Shown here: piece by piece, positions 11,156 through 21,299 of the stretch | Layout of the letters: each line of letters opens with the position of its first letter | How positions within the stretch are numbered: position 1 is the first letter of the stretch | Origin: Cenarchaeum sp. | GTDB lineage: Archaea > Thermoproteota > Nitrososphaeria > Nitrososphaerales > Nitrosopumilaceae | NCBI GenBank assembly: GCA_965212015.1 | Contig: OZ243037.1 | Span: 1,504,001 to 1,568,000 of the forward strand | DNA length: 64,000 nt | Reading direction: 5' to 3' | Translations under genes and position numbers: made by a program | The notes under the pieces: generated by a model | Database searches by the model: none | Told to the model about the DNA's origin: nothing | What the model saw: the letters and a program-made list of their open reading frames with translations, nothing else

Positions 11156-11906
11156 GCAGATAACCAAGAATGCTATACGGTTCATACGTGACCAGGTGGA
11201 AGGCGCCGGGGCGGACGGTGCGATATTCGGGCTCAGCGGCGGAATAGACTCGTCCGTGATTGCGCATCTGGTAAAAAAGGCCCTAGGGGACAGGTGTCTT
11301 GCCCTGATAATGCCAAATGCGGACATTACGCCGGACTCGGAGACAGATGACGGAATACTGATAGCTGAAAAGCTTGGCATCAGACACGTTACCGTTCCGA
11401 TTGGTGAGATCTCACGCCTTGCCGTTGCAAAAGATATTACAGAACAGATGAAAAAGGCTGTGGGAAACCTTAATGCGCGCATACGTGCCATGATGCTGTA
11501 CTATTACGGACAGAAAAACAACTATCTGGTAGTGGGCACCGACGATAAGAGCGAATACCTGATAGGATACTTTACAAAGTACGGCGATGGCGCAAGCGAC
11601 ATGCTTCCGATAGCCGATCTTTACAAGACGCAGGTTCAGGAGCTTGGGCGGTTTCTAGGGGTTCCATCACATATAGTAAAGAAAAAGCCCAGCCCGCACC
11701 TCTGGAAGGGGCACGATGCCTCCGACGAGCTTGGAATGGACTATACCGTAATAGACAAGATATTGGCGGGGATGGATGGCGGCGGGGATGCTGCGACGAT
11801 ATCGGCAAGGATAGGGATCGCCCAGGATTTGGTGGAGCGCATAATGGCACTGCACAGGGCCAGCGAACACAAGCGCAGAATGCCCCCGATTGCAAAACTG
11901 TTTTAA
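11136..11906 (+). CDS. nadE: NH3-dependent NAD+ synthetase (NadE family)
   Basis: GLSGGIDS PP-loop, NLNARIR, GYFTKYGDG, PIADLYKTQV. Confidence 0.85.
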   Translation: MQSLNYEQITKNAIRFIRDQVEGAGADGAIFGLSGGIDSSVIAHLVKKALGDRCLALIMPNADITPDSETDDGILIAEKLGIRHVTVPIGEISRLAVAKDITEQMKKAVGNLNARIRAMMLYYYGQKNNYLVVGTDDKSEYLIGYFTKYGDGASDMLPIADLYKTQVQELGRFLGVPSHIVKKKPSPHLWKGHDASDELGMDYTVIDKILAGMDGGGDAATISARIGIAQDLVERIMALHRASEHKRRMPPIAKLF

Positions 11907-11928
11907 TCGGAATATACAGGATGGTGTT

Positions 11929-12282
11929 ATGGTGGATTTGCCAAGTCCGGTCAGAACCGACAGGCCGTGGGGATATTTTGAGCGGTTTACCATAAACCAG
12001 AAATCCACAGTAAAGATCATCCGAATCAATCCCGATGCCATGCTGTCGCTACAATACCACAAGAACAGATCCGAGTACTGGAGGGTGCTGGACGGCGATG
12101 CTACGGCAATTCTGGACGGCAAGAGCACCCGTATGGTGCCGGGCGATGATCTCTTTGTGCGTGAGGGCGCAGTCCACAGGCTGGTCGGAGGGCACGGTGG
12201 GGCGCGGATTCTAGAGATTGCGTTTGGCGATTTTTCAGAAGAGGACATTGTACGGCTTGAAGACGAGTGGAAGCGAAAGTAA
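11929..12282 (+). CDS. mannose-6-phosphate isomerase type II cupin domain protein
   Basis: RPWG, LSLQYHKNRSEYW, HRL, EEDIVRLED. Confidence 0.85.
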   Translation: MVDLPSPVRTDRPWGYFERFTINQKSTVKIIRINPDAMLSLQYHKNRSEYWRVLDGDATAILDGKSTRMVPGDDLFVREGAVHRLVGGHGGARILEIAFGDFSEEDIVRLEDEWKRK

Positions 12283-12474
12283 ACCTACCCATCGGAATTA
12301 TTTTGGCTTTGTTCTAGTGGACGGGTGCGGCAAAAAACTATGCCAAAATATGGCAAAACATCACGTTTAGAATCCTAGTATGGACAGCTTTTTTTAAAAT
12401 TAAAATAGCCTATAAAACATGACAGTTTATGCCAAAAATGTTAAACCATATAATGCACACAGGTGGGTAGGCAT

Positions 12475-13113
12475 GGACAAAAATGCCATTGTCTCCTTTA
12501 CCAAAAAACTGCTAATCCAGAATCCCGACCAATTGATCAGACACGTGTTTTACCGCATCAGGGTACGACGCAATGACAGTGTGTTCTCTGGCAATTACTG
12601 AATATTCAGGCCTTATTATTTTGAAAATGTGGATTTGGACGGATTCAAAAAAATTCATAATGGAATAGATACCTATATGGTCGATTGCGTACAAAAGCGC
12701 GCCACTTACAAAATGGTAACACTCAAGGACATTGGCGTAAATTCCATGGACTTGCAAAACGAGGACTATCCGTGGCACCAGTTCAATACCGGTGTGTGGA
12801 CATATGCCAATAAAAAGAGCTGGAAGAAAAAATAATGCAGGTAACTCGCTCACAAAACAAACACATGTAGGGAAACAAAATCATTGGGTTTATCGGCCAG
12901 CATCCGACACTATACATCATGATCAAGGTTCTTTTGTACCAGCATCCTTGGGCACTCAAAGGATACCTATGGGCAGGAAAAAACAACAATCACGAAGCGA
13001 TATCGGCTGCACACGGTAAAACTCTATCAGAATGGAGTCTTGTTGGCGCACAATATGTAAAGAACATACATGACTGGAAAAAACATGGACGACTGGGAAC
13101 CGGATATGCCTAG
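12475..13113 (+). pseudogene. 5'-truncated, decayed copy of the glycosyltransferase at 17752-18738
   Basis: Reverse complement of about 17752-18391; TGG>TGA at 12599-12601 and indels near 12820-12900. Confidence 0.9.
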
Positions 13114-13594
13114 AATAGTGGGAAAGTTCAACGACATACACGAGAGTGCAAAAATATCTGATACTGCAAGGATATGCGGATGGTGTTATATCGGTCCCCG
13201 TGTCGAGATAGGCGAGAACACGGTAATAGGTAATTTTTGCGAGATAAACTCTGATGCAAAGATAAGGGCAAACACGCTGATAAACTCCCACTGCCACATC
13301 AACAGCAATACCGTAATTGGTGATGGCGTGATTTTTGGTACACATGTAGGCATTGCAGATGAAAAATACATGACTGCGTGAACTGCCAATATACAAAAAA
13401 AAAAGCCGTGCGTGATTGACAATGACTACAGGATAAGTCAGGGTTCGGCCTTAATCAGTGTAAAATTGGGAGATCACGTATCCATTGGGGCAGGCTCTGT
13501 AGTTTTAGAACCAGAGATAAAGCCGTTTGAGGTGTGGGCAGGAGTACTCACAAGATTTATCCGCAAAATGTCCGAGCACGAGCTTGCAATATGA
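13106..13594 (+). pseudogene. decayed copy of the hexapeptide acetyltransferase at 17274-17759
   Basis: Near-identical protein up to AGA>TGA at 13379-13381, then a lengthened poly-A run shifts the frame. Confidence 0.9.
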
Positions 13595-13652
13595 TTTGCA
13601 ATGCTTGTATATTTTAAATTTTACACACATGTTTTAGAATGGTGCGATATTT

Positions 13653-14813
13653 TCAACCCATATGGGATTCCAAGAACTCTATAACCGAATCCACGTCATA
13701 TTTATGTGTCCCATCATGTGCAATAAAATAAAAATTATCGGATTTCTGATGCAGATCATATACGCCCTGCAAGAAATCCGCCGTATGGCGCGTCTCTGCC
13801 TCCCAGCGAAAAAAAGTAGATTCCTGCAAACCGAATGATACATACATCGGTGTTGGAGCAATGGTTGCAATCATATCATTGGAATCACAACACTTCAGTA
13901 GTTCCGCTGTTTCACCAATTTCATAATTGAGTGGGCTATACAATGTGCTGCCAATCCCACTTGCTAATATCGCCGCATCGATCACATCATGGTTTATTAT
14001 GGCAGTATTTGTGGCAAGTTTTGCACCACCTGACAGACCTGCCACTGCAATTTTTTCTATGTGTTTTTTTGACTCTATCCACGACAATACCTGCGATATC
14101 TCATCTAGCCTCATATCGTCAATGCTTATTCCGTATGCTGATAGTTTGTTTTCCAGAATATTGGCAGAACATATAAACGGCCTTTGGTTGTCACATGCGC
14201 TTCCCGGATCAACCTGTCTTTCCCCGTAGCCTCGCAGCTCTATTGTATATACTGCGTAACCTTCCAGCACCAGATGTCTAGCAATGTCTCCGTGGTAATA
14301 ACGTGAGGAATAATCCGATGGCAGTCCCAACACGTCCCTTGCTCCCTGATGGCCGGATCCCGGGATTATAAACACTGCATCATGTGTGGCCTTGCCCTTT
14401 GGGAGAAGCTCATAAAAGATTACAGTATCGGGATCAAAAAATGCTGGAATCGTAAGTTTTTTTAGAACATGATCATCCGTATCCTCAAGTATCTGTTCTG
14501 TGGGTTCAAAGTGATTCATATCATGTACGGTGGGCCTAGCTGCGTATGATTCCAGTATCCCTCCTTCTTTCCACACTGCAAAGTCCTCCAATGTTTCGAC
14601 ATTTTTTTCAAAGGAATAAGGCAGATGGTCGTCCAAATTGGCCATATAGTACGACGGCAGATATTCATAAACGATTGGTTTTTCTTGTACCGCATCACCA
14701 AATACATCAAATACGTAAGAAAATGGAATATCACGTATCACTAGAATCATGCCACCCATTACAACAAGTGCCACAGTGGTTGCAAAAAACACCCAAAAGA
14801 GAATACGATACAT
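13653..14813 (-). CDS. membrane-anchored alpha/beta hydrolase (esterase-like), copy 1
   Basis: N-terminal TM, IIPGSG, nucleophile elbow GLSGG, C-terminal HDGTH. Confidence 0.85.
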   Translation of the reverse strand: MYRILFWVFFATTVALVVMGGMILVIRDIPFSYVFDVFGDAVQEKPIVYEYLPSYYMANLDDHLPYSFEKNVETLEDFAVWKEGGILESYAARPTVHDMNHFEPTEQILEDTDDHVLKKLTIPAFFDPDTVIFYELLPKGKATHDAVFIIPGSGHQGARDVLGLPSDYSSRYYHGDIARHLVLEGYAVYTIELRGYGERQVDPGSACDNQRPFICSANILENKLSAYGISIDDMRLDEISQVLSWIESKKHIEKIAVAGLSGGAKLATNTAIINHDVIDAAILASGIGSTLYSPLNYEIGETAELLKCCDSNDMIATIAPTPMYVSFGLQESTFFRWEAETRHTADFLQGVYDLHQKSDNFYFIAHDGTHKYDVDSVIEFLESHMG

Positions 14814-14863
14814 AGAGAATTTTATATTCGCCTAATATATTTAGTTTTATAATAGATACTATC

Positions 14864-15812
14864 TATGCCAGCGCTCAAAAGTTTTTTCGCCTAGTGAGAT
14901 ATTTTGAACAGAAAACTATAAGGATCAGCGGATCTAGGCAGTTATCATGAACAAAACAGCACTCATGAAGGCCATAAAGTCTGAAAAAAACGTCAAAACA
15001 TACCAGAAACTAATTGCAATCAATATGGTACGTGATAAAGGATGTTCCACAAGTCTTGCTGCAGAATCAGTCGGCACCACGCAGTGTTCTGTACAGTTGT
15101 GGCTGGAACGGTTTGACGAATACGGAGTTGACGGTCTAAGGAATCTGCCGCAGGATGGCGGGCCTCCCCTTGTATCCTATGAGAGGATTCTAAAATTTGC
15201 AAACAGACTGTTCAAAAAGGGCGTGCATAAAGTGGCAAAACCAAACAGAACAGGACATTTTAGACGCAAAAAAGCGTGGATTTACAATTGTAGTCCAGGA
15301 CGAGTCCATTTTTACATGCGACTCCAAGACGGGGAAAAAATACCGGTCTCGACCTGGCCAAAAAATCCACGTCAAAAGCACCGGATATCACACAAGAATG
15401 ATTGTGTACGGCGCACTGGCAGATGACGGCACACAGCTGTTCCGATTACATCAAAAGTTTAACGGAGATACATTTCTAAAATATCTCAAGGATATCCGGC
15501 TTAAATGGGGCAAGGTAATGGTCATTGTTGATAATGCATCCCAGCATAGATTCCATAAAGTAAAAGAATATTTGAATGATCACAAGGATGTCGTACTGTA
15601 TAATCTTCCGCCGTATGCGCCTCGACTTAACGCCATCGAAGAGTGCTGGCGACAGGCCAAGTATGAGCTAGTCCATTCCGAGTATTACGATACTGAAGAG
15701 AAAATGTGGGATATACTATCAGAATATTTCAGAAACAAGAGGTTCAATCTGGACATCTATCGCTATTTAGAGCGTAGTCTGTGAGGCGAAATTACTTACG
15801 ATCGACGGTGTA
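14864..15812 (+). mobile_element. IS630-family element, defective transposase (14947-15784)
   Basis: HTH N-terminus; DDE motifs QDES, VDNASQH, LPPYAPRLNAIEECW; TA at both ends; imperfect 30-bp terminal inverted repeats (21/30 matches counted by hand). Confidence 0.9.
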
Positions 15813-15821
15813 GCCCATGGA

Positions 15822-15938
15822 ATAGTCGTAAAAACTCCTGAAATTCATCTTGCATGTCTGGTGTATGCTTATCAGCGTCAGATGTGCCATGGCACCCTTG
15901 GTCATGCCAGTTTCAAATTATTTATGCGTTTGATCATA
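15822..15938 (+). mobile_element. MITE-like internally deleted remnant of a second IS630-type element
   Basis: atgccagtttcaaattatttatgcgtttga is the reverse complement of the IS630 end at about 27564-27593; begins with tagtc like that end. Confidence 0.55.
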
Positions 15939-15939
15939 C

Positions 15940-16030
15940 GATGAACAAAGAATCGCAGGGATCCGTGGCTCTTTTTATCAAAAAAACTTGTAAATTGATT
16001 AAAAATTAGGCATTAATATGCCCAAGGCTC
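15940..16030 (-). mobile_element. isolated end of the IS found at 27889-29024
   Basis: atgaacaaagaatc...tatgcccaaggctc closely matches 28933-29024 including the terminal repeat. Confidence 0.8.
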
Positions 16031-16036
16031 ATATAT

Positions 16037-17218
16037 ATGAAAATCGCACGGTCAGATATGTACCGGCTCCTCTTTTGGGTGTTTTTTGCAACTACTATTG
16101 CACTTGTTGTAACGGGAAGTATGATTCTGACGATACGCGACCGATCATTTTCATACATCTTTGACATATTGAGTAATACTGTAGAACAGGAAAAAACACA
16201 CGGTTACAAATATCTGCCGTCATACTATGAAACAAATCTCAACGACAGTCTGCCTTACTCTTTTGAAAAAAACGTCAAATCATTGGAGGATTTTGTAGTG
16301 TGGAAGGAAGGCGGAGTACTGGAATCATACGCATCTAGGCCCACTATACACGAAATGGATCATTTTGAACCCACAGAACAGATACTTGAGGATACGAATG
16401 ATCATGTTCTAAAAAAACTTACGATTCCAGCATTTTTTGATCCCGATACTGTAATCTTTTATGAGCTTCTCCCAAAGGGCAAGGCCACACATGATGCAGT
16501 GTTTATAATCCCGGGATCAGGAAATCAAGGGGCGAAGGACGTATTAGGACTGCCGTCTGAATATTCTTCACACTATTACCACGGAGACATTGCTAGACAT
16601 CTGGTGCTGGAAGGTTACGCAGTATATACAATAGAGCTGCGAGGTTATGGAGAAAGACAGATTGATGTGGGCAGTGCATGTGAAAATAATGATCCATTTA
16701 CCTGTCCTTCCCTGGTGCTAAAAAACAAACTAGCCATATATGGAATAAGCATCGGAAACATGAGACAAGATGAGATATCACAAATATTATCGTGGATCGA
16801 GTCAAAAAAATACATAGAACGGATTGCAGTGGCAGGATTGTCACTTGGTGCAGGACATGCTGCAAATACCGCCATAATAAACCCCGATGTGATCGATGCG
16901 GTGATACTGGCAAGCGGGATTGGCAGCACATTGTATAGCCCACTCAATTCTGCAAGTGGCGCAACATTGAAACTAAAGTGTTGTGATTCCAAAGATGCGA
17001 TTGCAACCATCGCCCCAACACCAATGTATGTATCATTCGGACTGCAGGAATCTACTTTTTTTCGCTGGGAGGCAGAGACGCGCCATACGGCGGATTTCTT
17101 GCAGGGCGTATATGATCTGCATCAAAAATCCGATAATTTTTATTTTATTGCACATGATGGAATGCACAAGTATGACGTTGATTCTGTTATAGAATTTTTA
17201 AACTCACACATGGGTTGA
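16037..17218 (+). CDS. membrane-anchored alpha/beta hydrolase (esterase-like), copy 2
   Basis: Paralogue of 13653-14813; GLSLG elbow, HDGMH. Confidence 0.85.
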   Translation: MKIARSDMYRLLFWVFFATTIALVVTGSMILTIRDRSFSYIFDILSNTVEQEKTHGYKYLPSYYETNLNDSLPYSFEKNVKSLEDFVVWKEGGVLESYASRPTIHEMDHFEPTEQILEDTNDHVLKKLTIPAFFDPDTVIFYELLPKGKATHDAVFIIPGSGNQGAKDVLGLPSEYSSHYYHGDIARHLVLEGYAVYTIELRGYGERQIDVGSACENNDPFTCPSLVLKNKLAIYGISIGNMRQDEISQILSWIESKKYIERIAVAGLSLGAGHAANTAIINPDVIDAVILASGIGSTLYSPLNSASGATLKLKCCDSKDAIATIAPTPMYVSFGLQESTFFRWEAETRHTADFLQGVYDLHQKSDNFYFIAHDGMHKYDVDSVIEFLNSHMG

Positions 17219-17273
17219 ATGTATGATACTGTCAATCGTCCTGATCAATTCACGCAAGTCCCAAATGGGAAAA

Positions 17274-17759
17274 TCATATTGCACGCTCGTGCTCGGACAT
17301 CTTGCGGATAAATCTTGCGGGCACACCTGCCCACACCTCAAACGGCTTTATCTCGGATTCTAAAACTACAGAGCCCGCCCCGATGGATACGTGATCTCCC
17401 AGTTTCACGCTGATCAGGCTCACGCCTTGGCCTATCCTACAGTCATTGCCAATCACGCACGGTTTTTTTTGTATATTGGCAGTTCTCGCAGTCATGTATT
17501 TTTCATCTGCAATGCCTACATGTGTACCAAAAATCACGCCATCACCAATTACGGTATTGCTGTTGATGTGGCAGTGGGAGTTTATCAGCGTGTTTGCCCC
17601 TATCTTTGCATCAGAGTTTATCTCACAAAAATTACCTATTACCGTGTTCTCGCCTATCTCGACACGGGGACCGATATAACACCATCCGCATATCCTTGCA
17701 GTATCAGATATTTTTGCACTCTCGTGTATGTCGTTGAACTTTCCCACTATTCTAGGCAT
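17274..17759 (-). CDS. left-handed beta-helix (hexapeptide repeat) acetyltransferase
   Basis: IGEN/IGAN/IGDG hexapeptide repeats, IGAGSVV, WAGVPAR; start overlaps upstream stop. Confidence 0.88.
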   Translation of the reverse strand: MPRIVGKFNDIHESAKISDTARICGWCYIGPRVEIGENTVIGNFCEINSDAKIGANTLINSHCHINSNTVIGDGVIFGTHVGIADEKYMTARTANIQKKPCVIGNDCRIGQGVSLISVKLGDHVSIGAGSVVLESEIKPFEVWAGVPARFIRKMSEHERAI

Positions 17760-18738
17760 ATCCGGTTCCCAGTCGTCCATGTTTTTTCCAGTCATGTATG
17801 TTCTTTACATATTGTGCGCCAACAAGACTCCATTCTGATAGAGTTTTACCGTGTGCAGCCGATATCGCTTCGTGATTGTTGTTTTTTCCTGCCCATAGGT
17901 ATCCTTTGAGCGTCCAAGGATGCTGGTATAAAAGAACCTTGATCATGATGAATAATGTCGGATGCCTGTTGATGAATCGGTTGACCCGGTTTCCAAACAT
18001 GTGTGTATTTTGTGAGCGCATTACCTGTGCCCGCATCTCGCTTAGCTCTTTTTTATTGGCATATGTCCACACTCCGGCATTGAACTGGTGCCATGGATAG
18101 TCCTCGTTTTGCAAATCCATGGAATTTACGCCAATGTCCTTGAGTGTTATCATTTTATGAGTGGCGCGCTTTTGTACGCAATCAACCATATAGGTATCTA
18201 TTCCATTATGAATTTTTTTGAATGCATCTAGATCCACATTTTCAAAATAATATGGTCTGTATATCCAGTAATTGCCCGAGAACACACTGTCATTGCGTCG
18301 TACCCTGATGCGGTAAAACACGTGTCTGATCAATTGGCCGGGATTCTGGATTAGTAGTTTTTTGGTAAAGGAGACAATGGCATTTTTGTCCCTGCCCACC
18401 ATATCGTATCCTTTTAGTATAGTGGGCCTTATGACTGTGTCCACATCAAATGCAAATATTTTGTCATTTTTGCATGCGTTATAACACTCCCATATTATGT
18501 GGGCAAGACGAAAGTTCCATTCATCAGAGCGCGCAATTTTGATAATTTTATAGTTTCTAAATGACGATTCCCCACACAATGAATCTATGAGTGCAAGAAA
18601 CGATTCGTCTGCTGGATCGTCAACTCCTATTATCAGCTCGTCCGGTTCCACTCTGATTGCAGATGGAATGGATTTTGCCGCAAATTTGCGCTCCCGCGGG
18701 GTGTCGCGAAACGCCATTACGATGCTAAATTTCCTCAT
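17752..18738 (-). CDS. putative GT-A/GT2-like glycosyltransferase
   Basis: FSIVM start, PDELIIGVD, DVD (DxD) motif; glycan-cluster context. Confidence 0.7.
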   Translation of the reverse strand: MRKFSIVMAFRDTPRERKFAAKSIPSAIRVEPDELIIGVDDPADESFLALIDSLCGESSFRNYKIIKIARSDEWNFRLAHIIWECYNACKNDKIFAFDVDTVIRPTILKGYDMVGRDKNAIVSFTKKLLIQNPGQLIRHVFYRIRVRRNDSVFSGNYWIYRPYYFENVDLDAFKKIHNGIDTYMVDCVQKRATHKMITLKDIGVNSMDLQNEDYPWHQFNAGVWTYANKKELSEMRAQVMRSQNTHMFGNRVNRFINRHPTLFIMIKVLLYQHPWTLKGYLWAGKNNNHEAISAAHGKTLSEWSLVGAQYVKNIHDWKKHGRLGTGYA

Positions 18739-19180
18739 TCTTCATCGCCTCTGTGGCGTATTCACCGCCGGCAAATCTTTCATATGCAGACTTGAGCTTT
18801 TTGAGTTCATCCAATAATGCCTTGTCCTGTGTGGTCTGCATCATCCAGTCCAACATTTTTAGCGTAAACTGTACCTGTAGAACCTCCTTTGAATTTGGCA
18901 CTATCTTGTTGTTGTACGGATGCAGATGCTGCAACTGTTGTTGCTCGGTTTTCAGCTGTATTCTATTGTGCTTGTAGCCTATCAGTGTGGCAAACGGCAT
19001 TATGGCGCAAAAGAGCAAGATGCCAAATATGTGCAACGGGATGTCCTTGAACCAGTCCGTGAGGCCATAAAGAATCAGTATAAAGTTGGAAAAATTGAAC
19101 GTAAAGGCCAGATAGGTGGTGTATCCCACGCGAAACTCCCACCATCTCCTTCCAACCCAGCTGGAATTCACAGGAGTCAT
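18725..19180 (-). CDS. hypothetical membrane protein (two TM)
   Basis: Two hydrophobic segments; overlaps the downstream GT start. Confidence 0.7.
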   Translation of the reverse strand: MTPVNSSWVGRRWWEFRVGYTTYLAFTFNFSNFILILYGLTDWFKDIPLHIFGILLFCAIMPFATLIGYKHNRIQLKTEQQQLQHLHPYNNKIVPNSKEVLQVQFTLKMLDWMMQTTQDKALLDELKKLKSAYERFAGGEYATEAMKNEEI

Positions 19181-19506
19181 GATAAATCACCACATGTGGG
19201 TAGGTCTTGCGAGAATGCGTGCCAATCATAAGCGTGACGTATGATGGAAAATATCGTAAAAGCCAGCATCCAATTGTGCCCAGATTCGTGAAAGATTCCC
19301 ATGCATATTTTGTCAGTTGTTATATATTTTAATCTGTCCATTATGTTGCGTATAACCTCGTCTAGTATATGTGATATACACGGTGATTTATCCAAATTAC
19401 GCCATAACCTTCAAAAGCATCCTTGCGGCACTGAAACTCGTGGATCTTCCATATGGCAAGGTTTTGCACGCCAAACCGGCAAAGGTTAATTAATTTAACA
19501 TGAACC

Positions 19507-20304
19507 ATGTCAATCAAATTGAAGGAAAAAAACACAGTTGTGGGCCTAGGAGAGATTGGCAGGCCCATTTTAAAGCTTCTATCTTCCGGGCATATCGCGG
19601 TAGGGTACGACCAGAATGCAAAACTGATGGATGAGAAACCATACAAGAAATATGAGAAAAATCCGACCTCGTTTTTGCACATATGCATTCCGTTTGATGG
19701 GAATTTTATAAAAAACATAAACTCGCTTTACAAAAAATTCCGACCAAAGTGCATTATAATTCACAGTACCGTCAGTCCAGAGACCACCAAAAAACTGCAA
19801 AAAAAACTTGACGTTCCGATCATTTACAGCGCAACCAGGGGGGTCCATGCGCGCATGCTCGACGATCTCAAAAGATATGTAAAGTTTTTCGCCCTGGAAG
19901 CGGATGCCCCGAAAAAAAAGTGGGCAGCTACTACATACAAAAAATTAATGAACCAGTGCGGAATAAAAACAAAACAAATGTCAAGTCCGGTCACACTCGA
20001 GCTGGCAAAAATAGTCTGCGATACATCATATTACGGATGGCTGATAAGCTATGCGCAGTTGAGCAACACGATTGCCATAAAACATGGCGTAAACTATGAC
20101 GAAATGTGGTCGTTTTCAGACGAAATCCACAAGTTTCTTGGCAATCGGCCAAAAATGCATCCTGGCTTTATTGGCGGACATTGCGTTATTCCAAACCTTT
20201 CACTGATACGCGATCAAACTTTGGCTCTGATTGCCAGTATGAATATGACATATGCTAAAAAACAAGCGCGTACTAGAAAAAAAGCCGTTAAACACAAAAA
20301 ATAA
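19507..20304 (+). CDS. short GDP-mannose/UDP-ManNAc dehydrogenase-like protein
   Basis: GLGEIG, IHSTVSP, ELAK, GFIGGHCVIPN. Confidence 0.85.
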   Translation: MSIKLKEKNTVVGLGEIGRPILKLLSSGHIAVGYDQNAKLMDEKPYKKYEKNPTSFLHICIPFDGNFIKNINSLYKKFRPKCIIIHSTVSPETTKKLQKKLDVPIIYSATRGVHARMLDDLKRYVKFFALEADAPKKKWAATTYKKLMNQCGIKTKQMSSPVTLELAKIVCDTSYYGWLISYAQLSNTIAIKHGVNYDEMWSFSDEIHKFLGNRPKMHPGFIGGHCVIPNLSLIRDQTLALIASMNMTYAKKQARTRKKAVKHKK

Positions 20305-20500
20305 TCTTGTTTTGTGCAAGCTTTACGATCAAAGTGATAGCTCCTTACAAACAGACAAAGTCATGTAGCAGGGATACAAAAAACACAAACTGTTGGCGTG
20401 TCTATGCATAATTGCGATTGTCCGCGGTACAAAACAATTTCTATGATCAACTTTTGGCTCAAATCATCTGTATATTTGCGCATGAGAGAAATTCAAATCC

Positions 20501-21265
20501 TCATAGTTTGCCCTTTTGTATCATTCCAAGCATCTCCCTTCCCGTGCAAAACACCGCGCCGCGCGACTCGAGGTGTCTTATCACATCACCGTACATGCGT
20601 CCGCCCTTCATCCGTAGCACGTTGTCGTGCCAGATTATGCTCATCATCCGGTCGTCTTTCTCCAGTATGCGATCAAAATAGGACAGCATGTTGGACTCGT
20701 CCACGCCGTGGTGCCTGTACATGAACACGTCTGCTACAGTTATCGGAAACTGTACAATGTTCTTTTTGATATACCCGTAATTCTCGGCTATAATGTCTGA
20801 CCTTGAGGGCATTATGGACGAGTCGTATAAAATCCCGAGCCGCGCAAGCTTGTCCAGCATGGCCTCGTCATAGTTCAGATAGTGGACGCGGTTGCCGATT
20901 ATCCTGTTTTTGGCCATACCGGAAAGATCGTCGTACTCTTTTTTGATCTTCTCCATGTCGTGTATGGAGCCCGGATCCAGGTGCAGGCCGATCTCCCAGC
21001 CGGAGGACTCTAGTTCGTTTATCCGGGTTTTGTACTCTGTGAGATCCCCGCCCTCATATACGGTCCTGAAAAAGAACGTGGAACGGCACCCGTGTTTTTC
21101 CTCAATGTCCATAATCTGCTCAAAATTATCGTACGGATTTGTGGAATCGATATTGTCTATTACCGACTGCTCAAACCGCTCGCGTATGTCCAGTATGTGC
21201 TGTTTTGGGGGGCCGGCAAGCCTCCAGTCCACGTCATGGCTTAAAAACACGTACCTTTCCAACAT
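20501..21265 (-). CDS. polysaccharide deacetylase family protein
   Basis: SHDVD, STFFF, EIGLH, RVHYL, YDSS, IIWH. Confidence 0.85.
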   Translation of the reverse strand: MLERYVFLSHDVDWRLAGPPKQHILDIRERFEQSVIDNIDSTNPYDNFEQIMDIEEKHGCRSTFFFRTVYEGGDLTEYKTRINELESSGWEIGLHLDPGSIHDMEKIKKEYDDLSGMAKNRIIGNRVHYLNYDEAMLDKLARLGILYDSSIMPSRSDIIAENYGYIKKNIVQFPITVADVFMYRHHGVDESNMLSYFDRILEKDDRMMSIIWHDNVLRMKGGRMYGDVIRHLESRGAVFCTGREMLGMIQKGKL

Positions 21266-21299
21266 GTAAGAATGTCAAACACGGGAATTAAAGACTTGC

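Larger units (their letters stand above)
12475..18391. repeat. large inverted duplication: left arm about 12475-14813, right arm about 16058-18391
   Basis: GT fragment-acetyltransferase-hydrolase order is mirrored on the opposite strand with long near-identical DNA blocks. Confidence 0.92.

Noticed and set aside
13394-13404. Poly-A tract as a phase-variation switch for the acetyltransferase copy
   Set aside because: An upstream nonsense codon at 13379-13381 already inactivates this copy
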